Source: Nitrososphaerota archaeon (GTDB lineage: Archaea; Thermoproteota; Nitrososphaeria; Nitrososphaerales; Nitrosopumilaceae). Taken from it: 58,783 bases of DNA. The notes under the pieces are model-generated. The model had not been told where the DNA came from, did no database searches, and was given only the letters and a program-made list of their open reading frames with translations. The stretch is taken from positions 1-58,783 of the forward strand of contig JAQBHA010000016.1 in the NCBI GenBank assembly GCA_032128215.1. Reading direction: 5' to 3'. The translations under genes were made by a program, and so were the position numbers. Shown in pieces: positions 1 through 9,831 of this stretch; within the stretch, counting starts at the first letter, position 1; every line of letters begins with the position of its first letter.

Positions 1-245
1 CAAGTATCAACAGAAATAGGAAGATTAGAGTTTTGTTGAACAATTTTTATCGCTTGTATAATTCTCTTCGATTCTACTTTTTCTGATACATATGTAGATA
101 AATATGGAGCAGTCGACATTCCTCCAACATCGATAAAGTTGGCCCCTTCATCGGCCATTTGTCTTACTAAATTACTTATAGCTAGTTTCTTGGTAACAAT
201 TGTTTTTTTGTAGAAAGATTCGGGACTAGTATTAAGAATTCCCAT
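1..245 (-). CDS. folP: dihydropteroate synthase, N-terminal part; the gene runs off the window start
   Basis: The reverse-strand translation reads (V)NKLGRVSVGGTNPVRIMGILNTSPESFYKK...ADEGANFIDVGGMSTAPY...ISVDT. The 'GILN.TP.SF' and 'DVGG.ST.P' motifs are typical of DHPS. Start is ATG at 245, or in-frame GTG at 296. Not in the ORF track because it is truncated. Confidence 0.7.
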   Translation of the reverse strand, partial: MGILNTSPESFYKKTIVTKKLAISNLVRQMADEGANFIDVGGMSTAPYLSTYVSEKVESKRIIQAIKIVQQNSNLPISVDT

Positions 246-303
246 TATACGTACTGGATTTGTTCCTCCAACTGATACTCTTCCTAGTTTATTCACATGA
301 TTT

Positions 304-1083
304 ATGATTAGGATTACCAATTTGAGTTATATGACTGTTGTAGGTTGGGAAAAAAGATATTCAGAGATATTAAAGGAATTTGGATATAGTAAAAAAAGGG
401 ATCTTGAATCAGCAAAATTATTAAATTCCATTCTAAAAACTAAATTTCCTGTCAATAAGTTACGAAGTAAAATGTTTGAACAAAATGTATTTGTTATTGG
501 GGCAGGACCATCACTCCCATCTTGTATTCCTATATTGAAAAGATTTAGTGTTATCACAAAAATTGTTGCAGATGGAGCTGCTAAAGCATTAATTGAAAAT
601 AATATTATTCCAGATATTTTAGTAACTGATCTTGATGGTGATGAAGAATCATTAAAAAAAATTGGAAAAGGAAAAACTATCATGGTGGTTCATGCCCATG
701 GAGATAATTTTGATAAATTAGAAATGGCTTCCAAATTCAGAAATTGTATTGGTACTACTGAAGCAAAGTCATTTGGAAAAATTCATAATTTTGGAGGTTT
801 TACAGATGGTGATAGATGTGTCTTTCTTGGTAACCACTTTAAGGCAGAAAAAATAATTCTATTTGGAATGGATTTTGGGAACAAAATTGGCAAGTATTCA
901 AAAACAAAAATCACAAGTAAGAAGACAAAAATTAAAAAACTTAGGCGAGGAAAAAAACTTCTGGAATGGTTAGCATCAAAAAATTCTTCAGATCTATATA
1001 CTACCTCAACAGCTATCAGGGGTTTTAAAAAAATATCCTACAATGAGCTAGAAAGTGTTCTTGCAGATGAGAATGCGTTTTAA
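304..1083 (+). CDS. mptE: archaeal 6-hydroxymethyl-7,8-dihydropterin pyrophosphokinase, MptE-like (DUF115)
   Basis: 259 aa. Carries 'VFVIGAGPSL', 'VTDLDGD' and 'VHAHGDN' motifs characteristic of the MptE/DUF115 family. Divergent neighbour of folP. An alternative start at ATG 331 (MTVVGWEKRY) is possible. Confidence 0.6.
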   Translation: MIRITNLSYMTVVGWEKRYSEILKEFGYSKKRDLESAKLLNSILKTKFPVNKLRSKMFEQNVFVIGAGPSLPSCIPILKRFSVITKIVADGAAKALIENNIIPDILVTDLDGDEESLKKIGKGKTIMVVHAHGDNFDKLEMASKFRNCIGTTEAKSFGKIHNFGGFTDGDRCVFLGNHFKAEKIILFGMDFGNKIGKYSKTKITSKKTKIKKLRRGKKLLEWLASKNSSDLYTTSTAIRGFKKISYNELESVLADENAF

Positions 1084-1107
1084 TACGGTGTCTATTTAAC
1101 ACAAATT

Positions 1108-1650
1108 ATGGAATTTTCAGAAGAACAAATACGAAATGTTTTGGAGTTAAAAGAACGGATAGTCCAACAGATCGAAAAACATAAGGAAGAGATTGAAAGT
1201 CTTGAAAAAAATTTAACAGTTTTAGATATAATACTCAAGCAATCAAGTTTTACAAGAGCATCTTTACTTGAAGCTTCAACAACATCAAAAAAATCAGAAT
1301 CCCCAATTCCTTTAACAAAAACCTCTGATGGCTCAGTCATTGCAAATGCGTATGTTACACCAGAGCAGGTTTCAATTGTTTTAGAGGAGAGTATAGGCTT
1401 GCAACCTGAAACTCCTCCATTCAAATCATTTTTTGTTGAAAGAATAATTGGAGAGATGAAGAAGAAGGACAATGCCGAAGCAGAAATCGGAAAACTCCAA
1501 AGAGAATCAATTATCGATTGTATAATTAACAAAAATGGCAGCAAAATTAGAGAGATTATCATAAAAAATTATCGCCAGAAGGAACGAGTTAATGAAATTA
1601 TTAGTACAGCTGCTTGGTCTCTATCAAAAATGATTGATAATTCAACTTAG
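1108..1650 (+). CDS. hypothetical protein with an N-terminal coiled-coil
   Basis: 180-aa ORF co-directional with its neighbours and with balanced composition. The overlapping antisense ORF 1092..1562 has S/I/L/F-rich shadow-frame composition. Confidence 0.5.
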   Translation: MEFSEEQIRNVLELKERIVQQIEKHKEEIESLEKNLTVLDIILKQSSFTRASLLEASTTSKKSESPIPLTKTSDGSVIANAYVTPEQVSIVLEESIGLQPETPPFKSFFVERIIGEMKKKDNAEAEIGKLQRESIIDCIINKNGSKIREIIIKNYRQKERVNEIISTAAWSLSKMIDNST

Positions 1651-1658
1651 GAGAATTT

Positions 1659-3182
1659 ATGGAAAAAATTGTAGTATTAGATTTTGGATCGCAGTATAGT
1701 CACTTGATTTGTAGAAGGATTCGAGATTTTTCAGTATTAGCAGAACTTGTCCCTTACAATATCTCTCTTAACGAGCTAAAAAAACTGGAACCAAAAGGGA
1801 TTATTTTCTCAGGAGGTCCGTCTAGCGTCTATATTTCGGATGCACCTATGCCTGCAAAGGAAATTTTTGAAATGAAATTACCAATTTTAGGAATTTGTTA
1901 CGGTCATCAGCTAATTGTAAACAATTTTGGTGGTAAGGTAAAACGAGCTAACAAGGAATATGGTTCATCCCTACTAACAATTGATAACGATTCTGATTTA
2001 CTAAACGGGATAGGTGGACCAATTAGAGCATGGATGAGTCATGGTGATGAAGCAGAACAAATCCCATCAAATTTTAAAACAATAGGCCATACTGAAACTG
2101 TAAGTGCAGCAGCCATTGCAGATCAGAATAATTCTATTTATGGTATTCAATTTCATCCAGAAGTAGTTCATACTGAACAGGGAACTGCAATTCTGAAAAA
2201 TTTTGTATTAAAAATTTGTAGAGTCAAACAAGAGTGGACAATGGAAACTTTTGTAGAAAATACAGTAAACGAAATTTCTAAGATTGATGGTAATGTTTTA
2301 TGTGGAGTTAGTGGTGGAATTGATTCTACGGTAACTGCCTTACTTATTCACAAAGCAATTGGAGATAGACTAAAATGTATTTTTGTAGATAACGGACTTT
2401 TAAGATTAAATGAAGAAAAAGAAATAGAAGAGATGTTTAGAAAAAATTTTGCTGTTAATTTTAATTCCGTGAATGCAAAACAACAGTTTTTATCAAAACT
2501 AAAGGGAGTTGCTGATCCGGAACAAAAAAGAAAGATAATCGGTGAAGAATTTATTAGAATCTTTACAGATTTTGAACAAAAAAATGGGCCATTCAAGTGG
2601 CTTGCTCAAGGAACACTTTATCCGGATGTTATTGAAAGTGGTGTATCAAAAGGTCCTGCAGCAATAATTAAAACACATCATAATGTTGGTGGTTTACCAA
2701 AGTGGCTTAATCTAGAGATACTAGAACCTTTACGTGAATTATACAAAGATGAGGTCAGAAAAGTAGCAGAAATTCTTGGTGTTCCAAAAAATTTATTGAT
2801 GCGTCATCCATTTCCGGGACCTGGTCTTGCTGTAAGAATAATTGGGGAAGTTACAGATAAGAAATTAGAAATCGCCAAAATTGCAAGTAAAATTGTTGAA
2901 GAAGAATTAGTTGAGGCTGAACTTTATGATAAGGTCTGGCAAGCATATGCAGCAGTTGGTGATGATAGAGCTGTTGGAATTGTAGGAGATGAGAGAAAAT
3001 ATGGAAATATTGTAATGATTCGGGTTGTGGACTCTATTGATGCTATGACTGCAGATTGGACAAGACTACCACATGGATTACTTGAAAAAATTAGTAATAG
3101 AATAACCAATGAAATCGAGAGTGTAACCTGGGTTTCCTATGTTATATCTAGCAAACCGCCAGCAACCATAGAACCACAGTGA
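1659..3182 (+). CDS. guaA: GMP synthase (glutamine-hydrolysing)
   Basis: 507 aa. Has the GATase-1 'GICYGHQ' motif, the PP-loop 'GVSGGIDS' motif and the C-terminal GMP synthase dimerisation region ending '...KPPATIEPQ'. Confidence 0.95.
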   Translation: MEKIVVLDFGSQYSHLICRRIRDFSVLAELVPYNISLNELKKLEPKGIIFSGGPSSVYISDAPMPAKEIFEMKLPILGICYGHQLIVNNFGGKVKRANKEYGSSLLTIDNDSDLLNGIGGPIRAWMSHGDEAEQIPSNFKTIGHTETVSAAAIADQNNSIYGIQFHPEVVHTEQGTAILKNFVLKICRVKQEWTMETFVENTVNEISKIDGNVLCGVSGGIDSTVTALLIHKAIGDRLKCIFVDNGLLRLNEEKEIEEMFRKNFAVNFNSVNAKQQFLSKLKGVADPEQKRKIIGEEFIRIFTDFEQKNGPFKWLAQGTLYPDVIESGVSKGPAAIIKTHHNVGGLPKWLNLEILEPLRELYKDEVRKVAEILGVPKNLLMRHPFPGPGLAVRIIGEVTDKKLEIAKIASKIVEEELVEAELYDKVWQAYAAVGDDRAVGIVGDERKYGNIVMIRVVDSIDAMTADWTRLPHGLLEKISNRITNEIESVTWVSYVISSKPPATIEPQ

Positions 3183-3220
3183 GATTTAAAAAAATATACT
3201 GCTACTTTTGAAATTAGAAA

Positions 3221-3406
3221 TCAGTTTTTTGTTTCCATGTAAAAATTTGCTACAGATCTTTGGAATAAGGCCTCAATTTTAAGTAGATTTGGGAGATAAT
3301 ATTCATCAAATCTAGTTTCAACTTTGGAAAAATATACTAGGTCAAGATTCTGCTCAAACATCCTATCTTGGATATTTCTTAATTTTCTTTTATAGACATC
3401 TAACAT
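3221..3406 (-). CDS. small hypothetical protein
   Basis: 61-aa ORF only, with no recognisable motif. An 18-nt palindrome lies just upstream. Confidence 0.25.
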   Translation of the reverse strand: MLDVYKRKLRNIQDRMFEQNLDLVYFSKVETRFDEYYLPNLLKIEALFQRSVANFYMETKN

Positions 3407-3431
3407 TCAATTCTCACTTTTGATATAGTAC

Positions 3432-3449
3432 AAAATCTTTAAAGATTTT
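3432..3449. promoter_or_regulatory. perfect 18-nt palindrome AAAATCTTTAAAGATTTT, a possible operator
   Basis: Read directly from the sequence. It lies 26-43 nt upstream of the ATG at 3406 on the minus strand. Confidence 0.2.
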
Positions 3450-3610
3450 TAAATTAAATTTTGTCACAAACGAACAAACGGTGAATTCGATAGATTGATT
3501 AATCTAAATAATATGTCATTTTCTAAAAACTATCCATAATCTTGTTCCAATAAAGACTGCTACAGCAGCAATAATTAATCCAATTGTAGTGAATTGTTCA
3601 ATTTCCTCAG

Positions 3611-4480
3611 TCACAATAAACTAGCTCCAAAAACTCCCGCAGAATCACCAAGTTGATTTTTTAAAATTGGAGTTTCTACTAGATCACTAAATACCTTATC
3701 GTATACGGCATCTCTACCGTCATCATAAAGAAATGAAATGTTAGAAATACCTCCTCCTAAAACAATAACATCAGGATCTAAAATATCAATAACGTTTGCT
3801 AACCCAATTCCAAAATTTTCAAGAAATTCCTTTTTCCATTGTTGTCTTTTTTCATGTTCAAGATTATTGACAATTGAAGCTAGTGATTCAGTTTTTCCTG
3901 TAAGTTCAGTCCATCTTTTTTCTAGTGCAGGTCCACTGATGTAGGTTTCAACACATCCAAGTTTACCACAATAACATTTGTTTCCATTAATTCTAAGTGT
4001 GTGATGCCCCCATTCACCTGCAATGTACGTTCTACCTTTGTGAATCTCTCCATTGATTACGATTCCACCTCCAACTCCAGTTCCTATTATTACTCCAAAT
4101 ACGATCTTGTGGTTTTTTGCCACGCCCAAGGTGGCCTCAGCTAATGTAAAACAATTTGCGTCATTTTCTATCGCAATTTCTTGTTCCAATGCTTGTGTTA
4201 GATCCTCTTTTAGAGGCATGCCAATAAGACATTGTGTGTTACTATTTTTTATTAAGCCAGACTTTTTAGATATTGCACCAGGAGCACTAACTCCAATTGT
4301 AACATTTTCGCTTGATTTTATTTTTAGTCCCTCTACTAGTGAAACAATAGAATTTATGATTGATTTGTAACCTTTCTCTTGTTGTGTTGGAATACGAGTT
4401 CTTTGAACTACATTAAAGTGATCATCTAGTAAAATCCCTTCAATTTTTGTACCACCAAGATCAATTCCTATTTTATTCAC
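3611..4480 (-). CDS. ROK-family sugar kinase (glucokinase or N-acetylglucosamine kinase-like)
   Basis: 289 aa. Has 'IGIDLGGTK' and 'GTGVGGGIV' motifs and the ROK zinc motif 'CYCGKLGCVETY'. Confidence 0.85.
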   Translation of the reverse strand: MNKIGIDLGGTKIEGILLDDHFNVVQRTRIPTQQEKGYKSIINSIVSLVEGLKIKSSENVTIGVSAPGAISKKSGLIKNSNTQCLIGMPLKEDLTQALEQEIAIENDANCFTLAEATLGVAKNHKIVFGVIIGTGVGGGIVINGEIHKGRTYIAGEWGHHTLRINGNKCYCGKLGCVETYISGPALEKRWTELTGKTESLASIVNNLEHEKRQQWKKEFLENFGIGLANVIDILDPDVIVLGGGISNISFLYDDGRDAVYDKVFSDLVETPILKNQLGDSAGVFGASLL

Positions 4481-4553
4481 AATACTAAATTACAACTGTA
4501 TGTTTTGAAGTTTTCAGTTACTAACGAGGATAATAAAAATTCTAATTAGTTAG

Positions 4554-6173
4554 TTACATTTGTGGTGGCCCGCCGCCACGAGATCCACCTGAAATTGCTA
4601 TAACATCGTCAATTCTTAAAATCATGCATGCAGTTTCGGTAGCAGATTTGATAATCTGTTCCTTTACAACCACTGGTTCAACAATGTCTTGAGCATACAT
4701 GTCAGCAATCTTACCCTTTCTTGCATCTATTCCTGTCCATTTTTGTCCTTGTGATTGCTTTGCTCTAAGATTTGTCATAGTATCTATTGGATCCATCCCA
4801 GCATTTTCTGCAATTGTTAATGGAATAACTTCAAGTGCTTCAGCATATTTTTTGATTGCAAGTTGTTCTCTTCCATCAAAGCTGTCTGCCCATTCTTTTA
4901 GATTTGATGCTAGAAATGCTTCTGGAGCACCACCACCACCAACAATTGATGGTTTTTCAATTACATCTTTTACAACCATAAGAGCATCATGAATGGATCG
5001 ATCAACTTCATCAACTACTCTTTGAGAGCCGCCACGTATCAAAAGTGTCACTGATTGTGGGTTTTTGCAGCCTTCTACAAATACCCATTTATCTGATTCA
5101 ACCTTTTTTTGATGGACAATCTCGGCAGAACCTAGATCTTTTTCAGTCAAGTCATCAATATTAGTTGTAACTCTTCCACCAGTTGCCTTGGCAAGCTTTG
5201 TCATATCACTTTCCTTAACTCGTCTAACGGCTAAAATTCCATGCTTTGCTAGATAGTGTTGGGCAATATCATCAATACCTTTTTGACATATGAGTACATT
5301 TGCACCTACTTCATGAATTTTTTCAACCATAGTTTTTAGCATTCTATTTTCTTCCTCTAAGAACATCTGCATTTGAGAAGGATCACTAATTCTGATTTCA
5401 GCACTCATTTCAGTTTTTTCAATTTCAAGAGCAGCGTTAATTAGAGCAATTTTAGGTCTTTCAATTTTTGTTGGCATACCACTGTGAACAATCTCTTTGT
5501 CAAGGACAATTCCCATTATTAGCGAGGTATCTAATATTGATGCACCTGATTTTTTCTCAACTTTAATGTTGTCAAGGTCAACAGTATATTTTTCAGCCTT
5601 TTTAATTGCAACTTTTAAAATTGCATCCACTACTATTTTTGAGAGAGTTTCACTATCATCAGAGATTAATTTTGATTGCATGCTAGTCTTTGCAATTTTT
5701 AGTAAAGAAACTCGATCATCAGGTGAGATAGTTTTTGCAATTTCAGATAGTAATTGTAATGCCTTTTCAGCTGCTGCTTGATATCCCTCTACTATTACAG
5801 AAGAGTGAACATCTTTGTTCAACAGCTGTTCAGCCTTTTCAAGTAAGGCACCTGCAAAGATAACTGAAGAGGTCGTACCATCACCAACTTCATTATCAAT
5901 AGTCTTTGAAATCTCAACTATCATTTTGGCTGCTGGATGCTGGACATCAATTTCTTTTAGAATGGTTGCTCCATCATTTGTAATTGTAACATCCCCAATG
6001 GGATCAACTAGCATCTTATCCAAACCTCTAGGTCCGAGACTAGTTTTAACCAAATCTGCTACTAGTTTTGCAGCAGCAATATTGTTTTTTTGAGCGTCTT
6101 TACCTTTCTGCTGAAGAGCACTCTCTTTAAGCACTAAAACTGGTCCTTGTGGGGTTTGTTGAATTGATGCCAT
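4554..6173 (-). CDS. ths: thermosome subunit (group II chaperonin)
   Basis: 539 aa. Has 'GPRGLDKML', 'VGDGTTS' and 'GGGAPE' motifs and the overall CCT/thermosome layout. Confidence 0.95.
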   Translation of the reverse strand: MASIQQTPQGPVLVLKESALQQKGKDAQKNNIAAAKLVADLVKTSLGPRGLDKMLVDPIGDVTITNDGATILKEIDVQHPAAKMIVEISKTIDNEVGDGTTSSVIFAGALLEKAEQLLNKDVHSSVIVEGYQAAAEKALQLLSEIAKTISPDDRVSLLKIAKTSMQSKLISDDSETLSKIVVDAILKVAIKKAEKYTVDLDNIKVEKKSGASILDTSLIMGIVLDKEIVHSGMPTKIERPKIALINAALEIEKTEMSAEIRISDPSQMQMFLEEENRMLKTMVEKIHEVGANVLICQKGIDDIAQHYLAKHGILAVRRVKESDMTKLAKATGGRVTTNIDDLTEKDLGSAEIVHQKKVESDKWVFVEGCKNPQSVTLLIRGGSQRVVDEVDRSIHDALMVVKDVIEKPSIVGGGGAPEAFLASNLKEWADSFDGREQLAIKKYAEALEVIPLTIAENAGMDPIDTMTNLRAKQSQGQKWTGIDARKGKIADMYAQDIVEPVVVKEQIIKSATETACMILRIDDVIAISGGSRGGGPPQM

Positions 6174-6216
6174 ATAATTCGTTTCAAGTGGGTGGAATAC
6201 CCCTTTTTAAGATTAC

Positions 6217-7977
6217 TTAGTTGAAAGGTGGGATGAAGGATCTATTTTTTACATCAACTATTCCACTATACAGAATTCTAATTGCAGGTAATGCAAGAAA
6301 GGGCAAGAAAAGCGGTATTAAATGAGGTTTTTTGAATTTACATCCTGATTCTACAATTGTAGAATTCAAATCTGCAAAGTTTTGATGTACTTTCTCAAAA
6401 GAGTCAGTTGAAATAATTCCTGCCATTTGAAGTGGTAAAGAAGAAAGAGTATTGCCATTTTTAACAACAGTCATTCCGCCCTGTGATTTAACTAAATTAT
6501 TTGCTGCAATAGACATATCTTTTTCATTTGAACCAATTACAATTAGGTCGTTCTCATGAAAACTCCATGTGGAAGCAAAAGCACCTATTTGGGCTCCAAA
6601 ATTTTTTAGAAATCCAATGGCATGTTTTTTTGAACCATATGTTCTATCAAATGCTGCCACCTTCCAGACATCTTTATCTCTTGATGCTAACACATTTCCA
6701 TCTTTTGTTTTAAGCTCAGTCTCCTCTTTTGTAGTAATAATTTCACTCTGCATGCAAATTAAATTAGCAGTAACTGAAGAGGATTTTGATTTTATATGAA
6801 AAATATTTTCAGAGAATTTTTTAAGTTTTACAGTATTTCTAATCCACTTTGGAATAGTTTTTGGCTGTATTTTAGTAATAACTTTTCCATTTGATACAAC
6901 AAGTTTACCTCCAACAAAAACTTTGTTTGGGAGCATTGTGGTAAGATTGTCAAAAACTAAAATATCAGCAAGTTTTCCTGGGGCTATTCCTCCAAGGTCT
7001 TTTCCCAGGTTATAATAATCAAAACAGTTCTTTGAAGCCATTGTAATTGCGTCAATTGGATCTAATCCTAATTTTATGGACTCTCGAACACAATGATCGA
7101 TGTGACCGTAATGTAACAGATCAATTGGGTCTATTCCATCTGAACAAAACATCAGTCTTTGGGTATTTGTTTTATGGTTCATCACTCTAGGTAAAATTTC
7201 CTTCAGATCACGTCTAATAGAGCCCTCACGAATCATTATCCACATGCCAAGCCTAAGCCTCTCTAAAACTTGTTCAAAATTAACAGGTTCGTGACATGAA
7301 AGTATCCCAGATGAAACGTATGCATTGAGTTTTTTTCCAGAAGCACCAGCGGTATGCCCGTTAATGATACAATCGTTATCTAACATCATAGCTAAAGTTT
7401 TCATAGTTTTTGAATCCCTTGATGTAACCTTTGTCCAAGAAAATACTTCGCCTAGACCTAGAACATTTGGTAATTTTATTGCGGTTTTTTCTTGAATAGC
7501 ACTAAGGGTTTTTCCATGACTAAATTTTCTGTCAACTGGCAAACCGCCTGGCACAACATGAAAAAATCGAATTGGAAGATTTTGAGTGAGTTTTATAAAT
7601 TCCCTAAATCCACGGTATCCACAAACACTAACAATATCAATCGGATCAGAAAAGAGTGATGTTACACCACATAGAAGTGATTTTTTTGCAAGCTCAGAGG
7701 GCAGAACAAACTGATCAATGTGAATGTGAGGGTCAGCAAATCCAGGGGTTACATATTTTCCTTGTAAATCCATTACAATGGTTTTCGGACCTAATGTATG
7801 AGATGCATCTAGGCCTACATAGGCAATTCTTTCATTTACTATAGCAATTTGGGTTTTTGGTAAAATTTCATGTGAGTAAACATTCACTAGAGAACAATTT
7901 TTTAGAATGAGGTCTGCTTTTTTTTCTCCTATTGCAACAGCATTTAAAATTAGAATTGCTGAGGAAAGATTTTCCAC
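6217..7977 (-). CDS. ade: adenine deaminase (amidohydrolase superfamily)
   Basis: 586 aa. Has 'GFADPHIHID' metal-binding histidines followed by 'GVTSLFSDPIDIVSV', which resembles 'GTT..V.DPHEIANV'. Length is typical of Ade. Confidence 0.7.
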   Translation of the reverse strand: MENLSSAILILNAVAIGEKKADLILKNCSLVNVYSHEILPKTQIAIVNERIAYVGLDASHTLGPKTIVMDLQGKYVTPGFADPHIHIDQFVLPSELAKKSLLCGVTSLFSDPIDIVSVCGYRGFREFIKLTQNLPIRFFHVVPGGLPVDRKFSHGKTLSAIQEKTAIKLPNVLGLGEVFSWTKVTSRDSKTMKTLAMMLDNDCIINGHTAGASGKKLNAYVSSGILSCHEPVNFEQVLERLRLGMWIMIREGSIRRDLKEILPRVMNHKTNTQRLMFCSDGIDPIDLLHYGHIDHCVRESIKLGLDPIDAITMASKNCFDYYNLGKDLGGIAPGKLADILVFDNLTTMLPNKVFVGGKLVVSNGKVITKIQPKTIPKWIRNTVKLKKFSENIFHIKSKSSSVTANLICMQSEIITTKEETELKTKDGNVLASRDKDVWKVAAFDRTYGSKKHAIGFLKNFGAQIGAFASTWSFHENDLIVIGSNEKDMSIAANNLVKSQGGMTVVKNGNTLSSLPLQMAGIISTDSFEKVHQNFADLNSTIVESGCKFKKPHLIPLFLPFLALPAIRILYSGIVDVKNRSFIPPFN

Positions 7978-8051
7978 ATAAACTATTATTTTCAGAACCT
8001 ATTATAGATTCAAAGCGATGTTTAAATTACCGTCAAGGGAGGTTTTTCATA

Positions 8052-8333
8052 TTGAACTTACCCAAGGAGATTATGAGATATTGTCCTAAATGTAACACAC
8101 ATACAAAACAAAAGATGACTCAGTACAAGGCAGGAAAACGAAGAGGTTCAGCAATTGGTGAACGAAGACACGCAGAAGACAAGAAAGGATATGGGGGACA
8201 GAAATTCCCAAAACTTGCAAAGCCTGCAAAAACTACAAAAAAATTCACGCCTATTCTAACGTGTACTATATGTAAAAAGAAATGGAATAAATCTGGAATA
8301 AGAATTAGAAAAATCGAGTTGATAGCAAAATGA
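8052..8333 (+). CDS. rpl44e: 50S ribosomal protein L44e (eL42)
   Basis: Reads '(M)NLPKEIMRYCPKCNTHTKQK...YKAGKRR...CTICKKK' with four zinc-ribbon cysteines. The probable start is TTG 8052, or ATG 8073. The long upstream extension from 7932 overlaps ade and is rejected. Confidence 0.9.
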   Translation: MNLPKEIMRYCPKCNTHTKQKMTQYKAGKRRGSAIGERRHAEDKKGYGGQKFPKLAKPAKTTKKFTPILTCTICKKKWNKSGIRIRKIELIAK

Positions 8334-8527
8334 AAAAAGAGCATATACTCATTCCTAAACCTAATAGTAAATTCCAAAAAGTAAAATGTAAAGAATGTGA
8401 TGAAGAAAATATTGTATATTCACATGCATCAACACCAGTAACATGCAAATCATGTGGTAATGTTATTGCAGAGCCAACTGGAGCAGTAGCAACTCTTCAT
8501 GGTGAAATTTCAGGAACTGTCGAGTAG
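8330..8527 (+). CDS. rps27e: 30S ribosomal protein S27e (eS27)
   Basis: 65 aa. Has the zinc ribbon 'KVKCKECDEENIVYSHASTPVTCKSCG'. An ATGA overlap links it to rpl44e. Confidence 0.9.
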   Translation: MKKEHILIPKPNSKFQKVKCKECDEENIVYSHASTPVTCKSCGNVIAEPTGAVATLHGEISGTVE

Positions 8528-9094
8528 ACTATAATCGTCCATAGTGTTTAGATTAAATGCGATCCTTTTATCATTCAATATATGATATATTGTTTCTACT
8601 GTATCAAGATTATTAATTTCATTTGCATTGATTATTGAAACACCAGTAAAGTAACATTCTTTATTTTGAAAGATAACTGAGAAATCTGATTTTAAGCCTA
8701 GAGAGATTAAAAAATCCCTTGTCACAAGATAACTTGCCCAGATTTTTTCATGATGATGTGAGTTAACAATTTTTTTTATAATTTCCTCATCAAGTAACGG
8801 TAAATCGCCAGATACCACTAAGATGTCATCTTTTATTGAACGGAGAATTAAGTTTAGATCCTCCACATATCCGTTACCAGGTGTCTCAAATGTCTCAAAC
8901 CCAGCATTTTGTAACATTTCTTTAGTTTTAGGAGAATGTGGACTAGTTGCTACAATTATTTTTGAAAAGCAATTTGAATTTTGAAGGGCAAAGACCACAT
9001 GTAAAATTGTGGGATGTATGTGTTTTAGTAAGAGTTTTTCTTCATTTATTTTCATTCGGCTTCCTTTGCCCCCGGCCATAACTAGTCCTATCAT
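8510..9094 (-). CDS. cobY: adenosylcobinamide-phosphate guanylyltransferase, archaeal CobY-type (MobA-like NTP transferase fold)
   Basis: 194 aa. Has the 'VMAGGKGSRM' nucleotidyltransferase motif. It is the last gene of an overlapping cob operon. Confidence 0.65.
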   Translation of the reverse strand: MIGLVMAGGKGSRMKINEEKLLLKHIHPTILHVVFALQNSNCFSKIIVATSPHSPKTKEMLQNAGFETFETPGNGYVEDLNLILRSIKDDILVVSGDLPLLDEEIIKKIVNSHHHEKIWASYLVTRDFLISLGLKSDFSVIFQNKECYFTGVSIINANEINNLDTVETIYHILNDKRIAFNLNTMDDYSLLDSS

Positions 9095-9831
9095 ACTGAT
9101 GCAAAAATTACAAGAGAAGATAGTCGCGTAATCTCATTAGTAGCACCTAAAACATCTCCGGTTATACCCCCAAAGCTTCTAGTGGAGAGTGTAAGAATTA
9201 TCAGTGTAAAAGTAATACCTGCTCCAAAGATGATTAGTCCTGTTGTTCCCCCTATTATCACTAAGGGAATAATAGTGATTGTTCCAGCTATTACCAATCT
9301 TCTTTTATCCTTCATTATTTGTACGAATGGGGAATTAGAGCCAACTGCAGCAGAACGACCAAGACTTGCTTGTAATACCATGGAAAATTTTGATAATATT
9401 TCACTTAGAAGGATTGCTTGAAATAGCACTAACCCACTCAATAAAGAGAGCGCTAAAATCATTCCTACAACATAGAGAACTATTGAAAGAATTCCTGCCG
9501 AACCTGTTGAAACATCTTTCATAGCTTGCAATTTTTTGTCTTTATTTCCTTTTGCCATAATTCCATCAGCAAAGTCTGCAAGACCATCAATATGGTGCAA
9601 TCCAGTGATGATTGCTAACGAGCTTACAACCATGAGCGATACTATTAGTGGATCCAAAAATAATGAAAGTCCTAAAGCAAATGAACCTATGATTAATCCG
9701 ATAACAATTCCCACAATTGGAAAGATGTACATATATTTTGCAACAGTTTCAAGATTAGTGTTGCTTGCAGGAATTATTGTTAGAAATGAAAATACTGAGC
9801 CAATTTCTCTAAGCATGAATCCACCAACCAA
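9091..9831 (-). CDS. cobS: adenosylcobinamide-GDP ribazoletransferase (cobalamin 5'-phosphate synthase)
   Basis: 246-aa polytopic membrane protein with a 'GLHHIDGLADFADG' motif. A 4-nt overlap links it to cobY. Confidence 0.85.
   Translation of the reverse strand: MVGGFMLREIGSVFSFLTIIPASNTNLETVAKYMYIFPIVGIVIGLIIGSFALGLSLFLDPLIVSLMVVSSLAIITGLHHIDGLADFADGIMAKGNKDKKLQAMKDVSTGSAGILSIVLYVVGMILALSLLSGLVLFQAILLSEILSKFSMVLQASLGRSAAVGSNSPFVQIMKDKRRLVIAGTITIIPLVIIGGTTGLIIFGAGITFTLIILTLSTRSFGGITGDVLGATNEITRLSSLVIFASV

Noticed and set aside
327-683. Antisense ORFs nested inside well-supported genes. Examples: 327..683, 1092..1562, 2348..2596, 4053..4370, 4699..4992, 5497..6093, 9182..9841, 10365..10637, 10784..11068, 11970..12407, 38693..39202, 45132..45464, 50797..51277 and 52105..52344.
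   Set aside because: Each overlaps, on the opposite strand or in another frame, a gene with clear family motifs. Their translations are S/I/L/F/P-rich low-complexity sequences, as expected for shadow frames in AT-rich DNA. None shows a recognisable motif.
3516-3614. 32-aa hydrophobic mini-ORF (VTEEIEQFTTIGLIIAAVAVFIGTRLWIVFRK) downstream of the ROK kinase
   Set aside because: It is only 32 codons, and its GTG start overlaps the kinase stop codon. It cannot be distinguished from chance without conservation data.
7932-8051. N-terminal extensions in the track ORFs for rpl44e (7932), SSADH (37869), the citE-like gene (40195), the zinc-finger gene (53578) and ProDH (33092)
   Set aside because: The extensions overlap neighbouring genes or encode hydrophobic junk. 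Family-typical N-termini begin at internal start codons: 8052/8073, 37917, 40132, 53680 and 33116.
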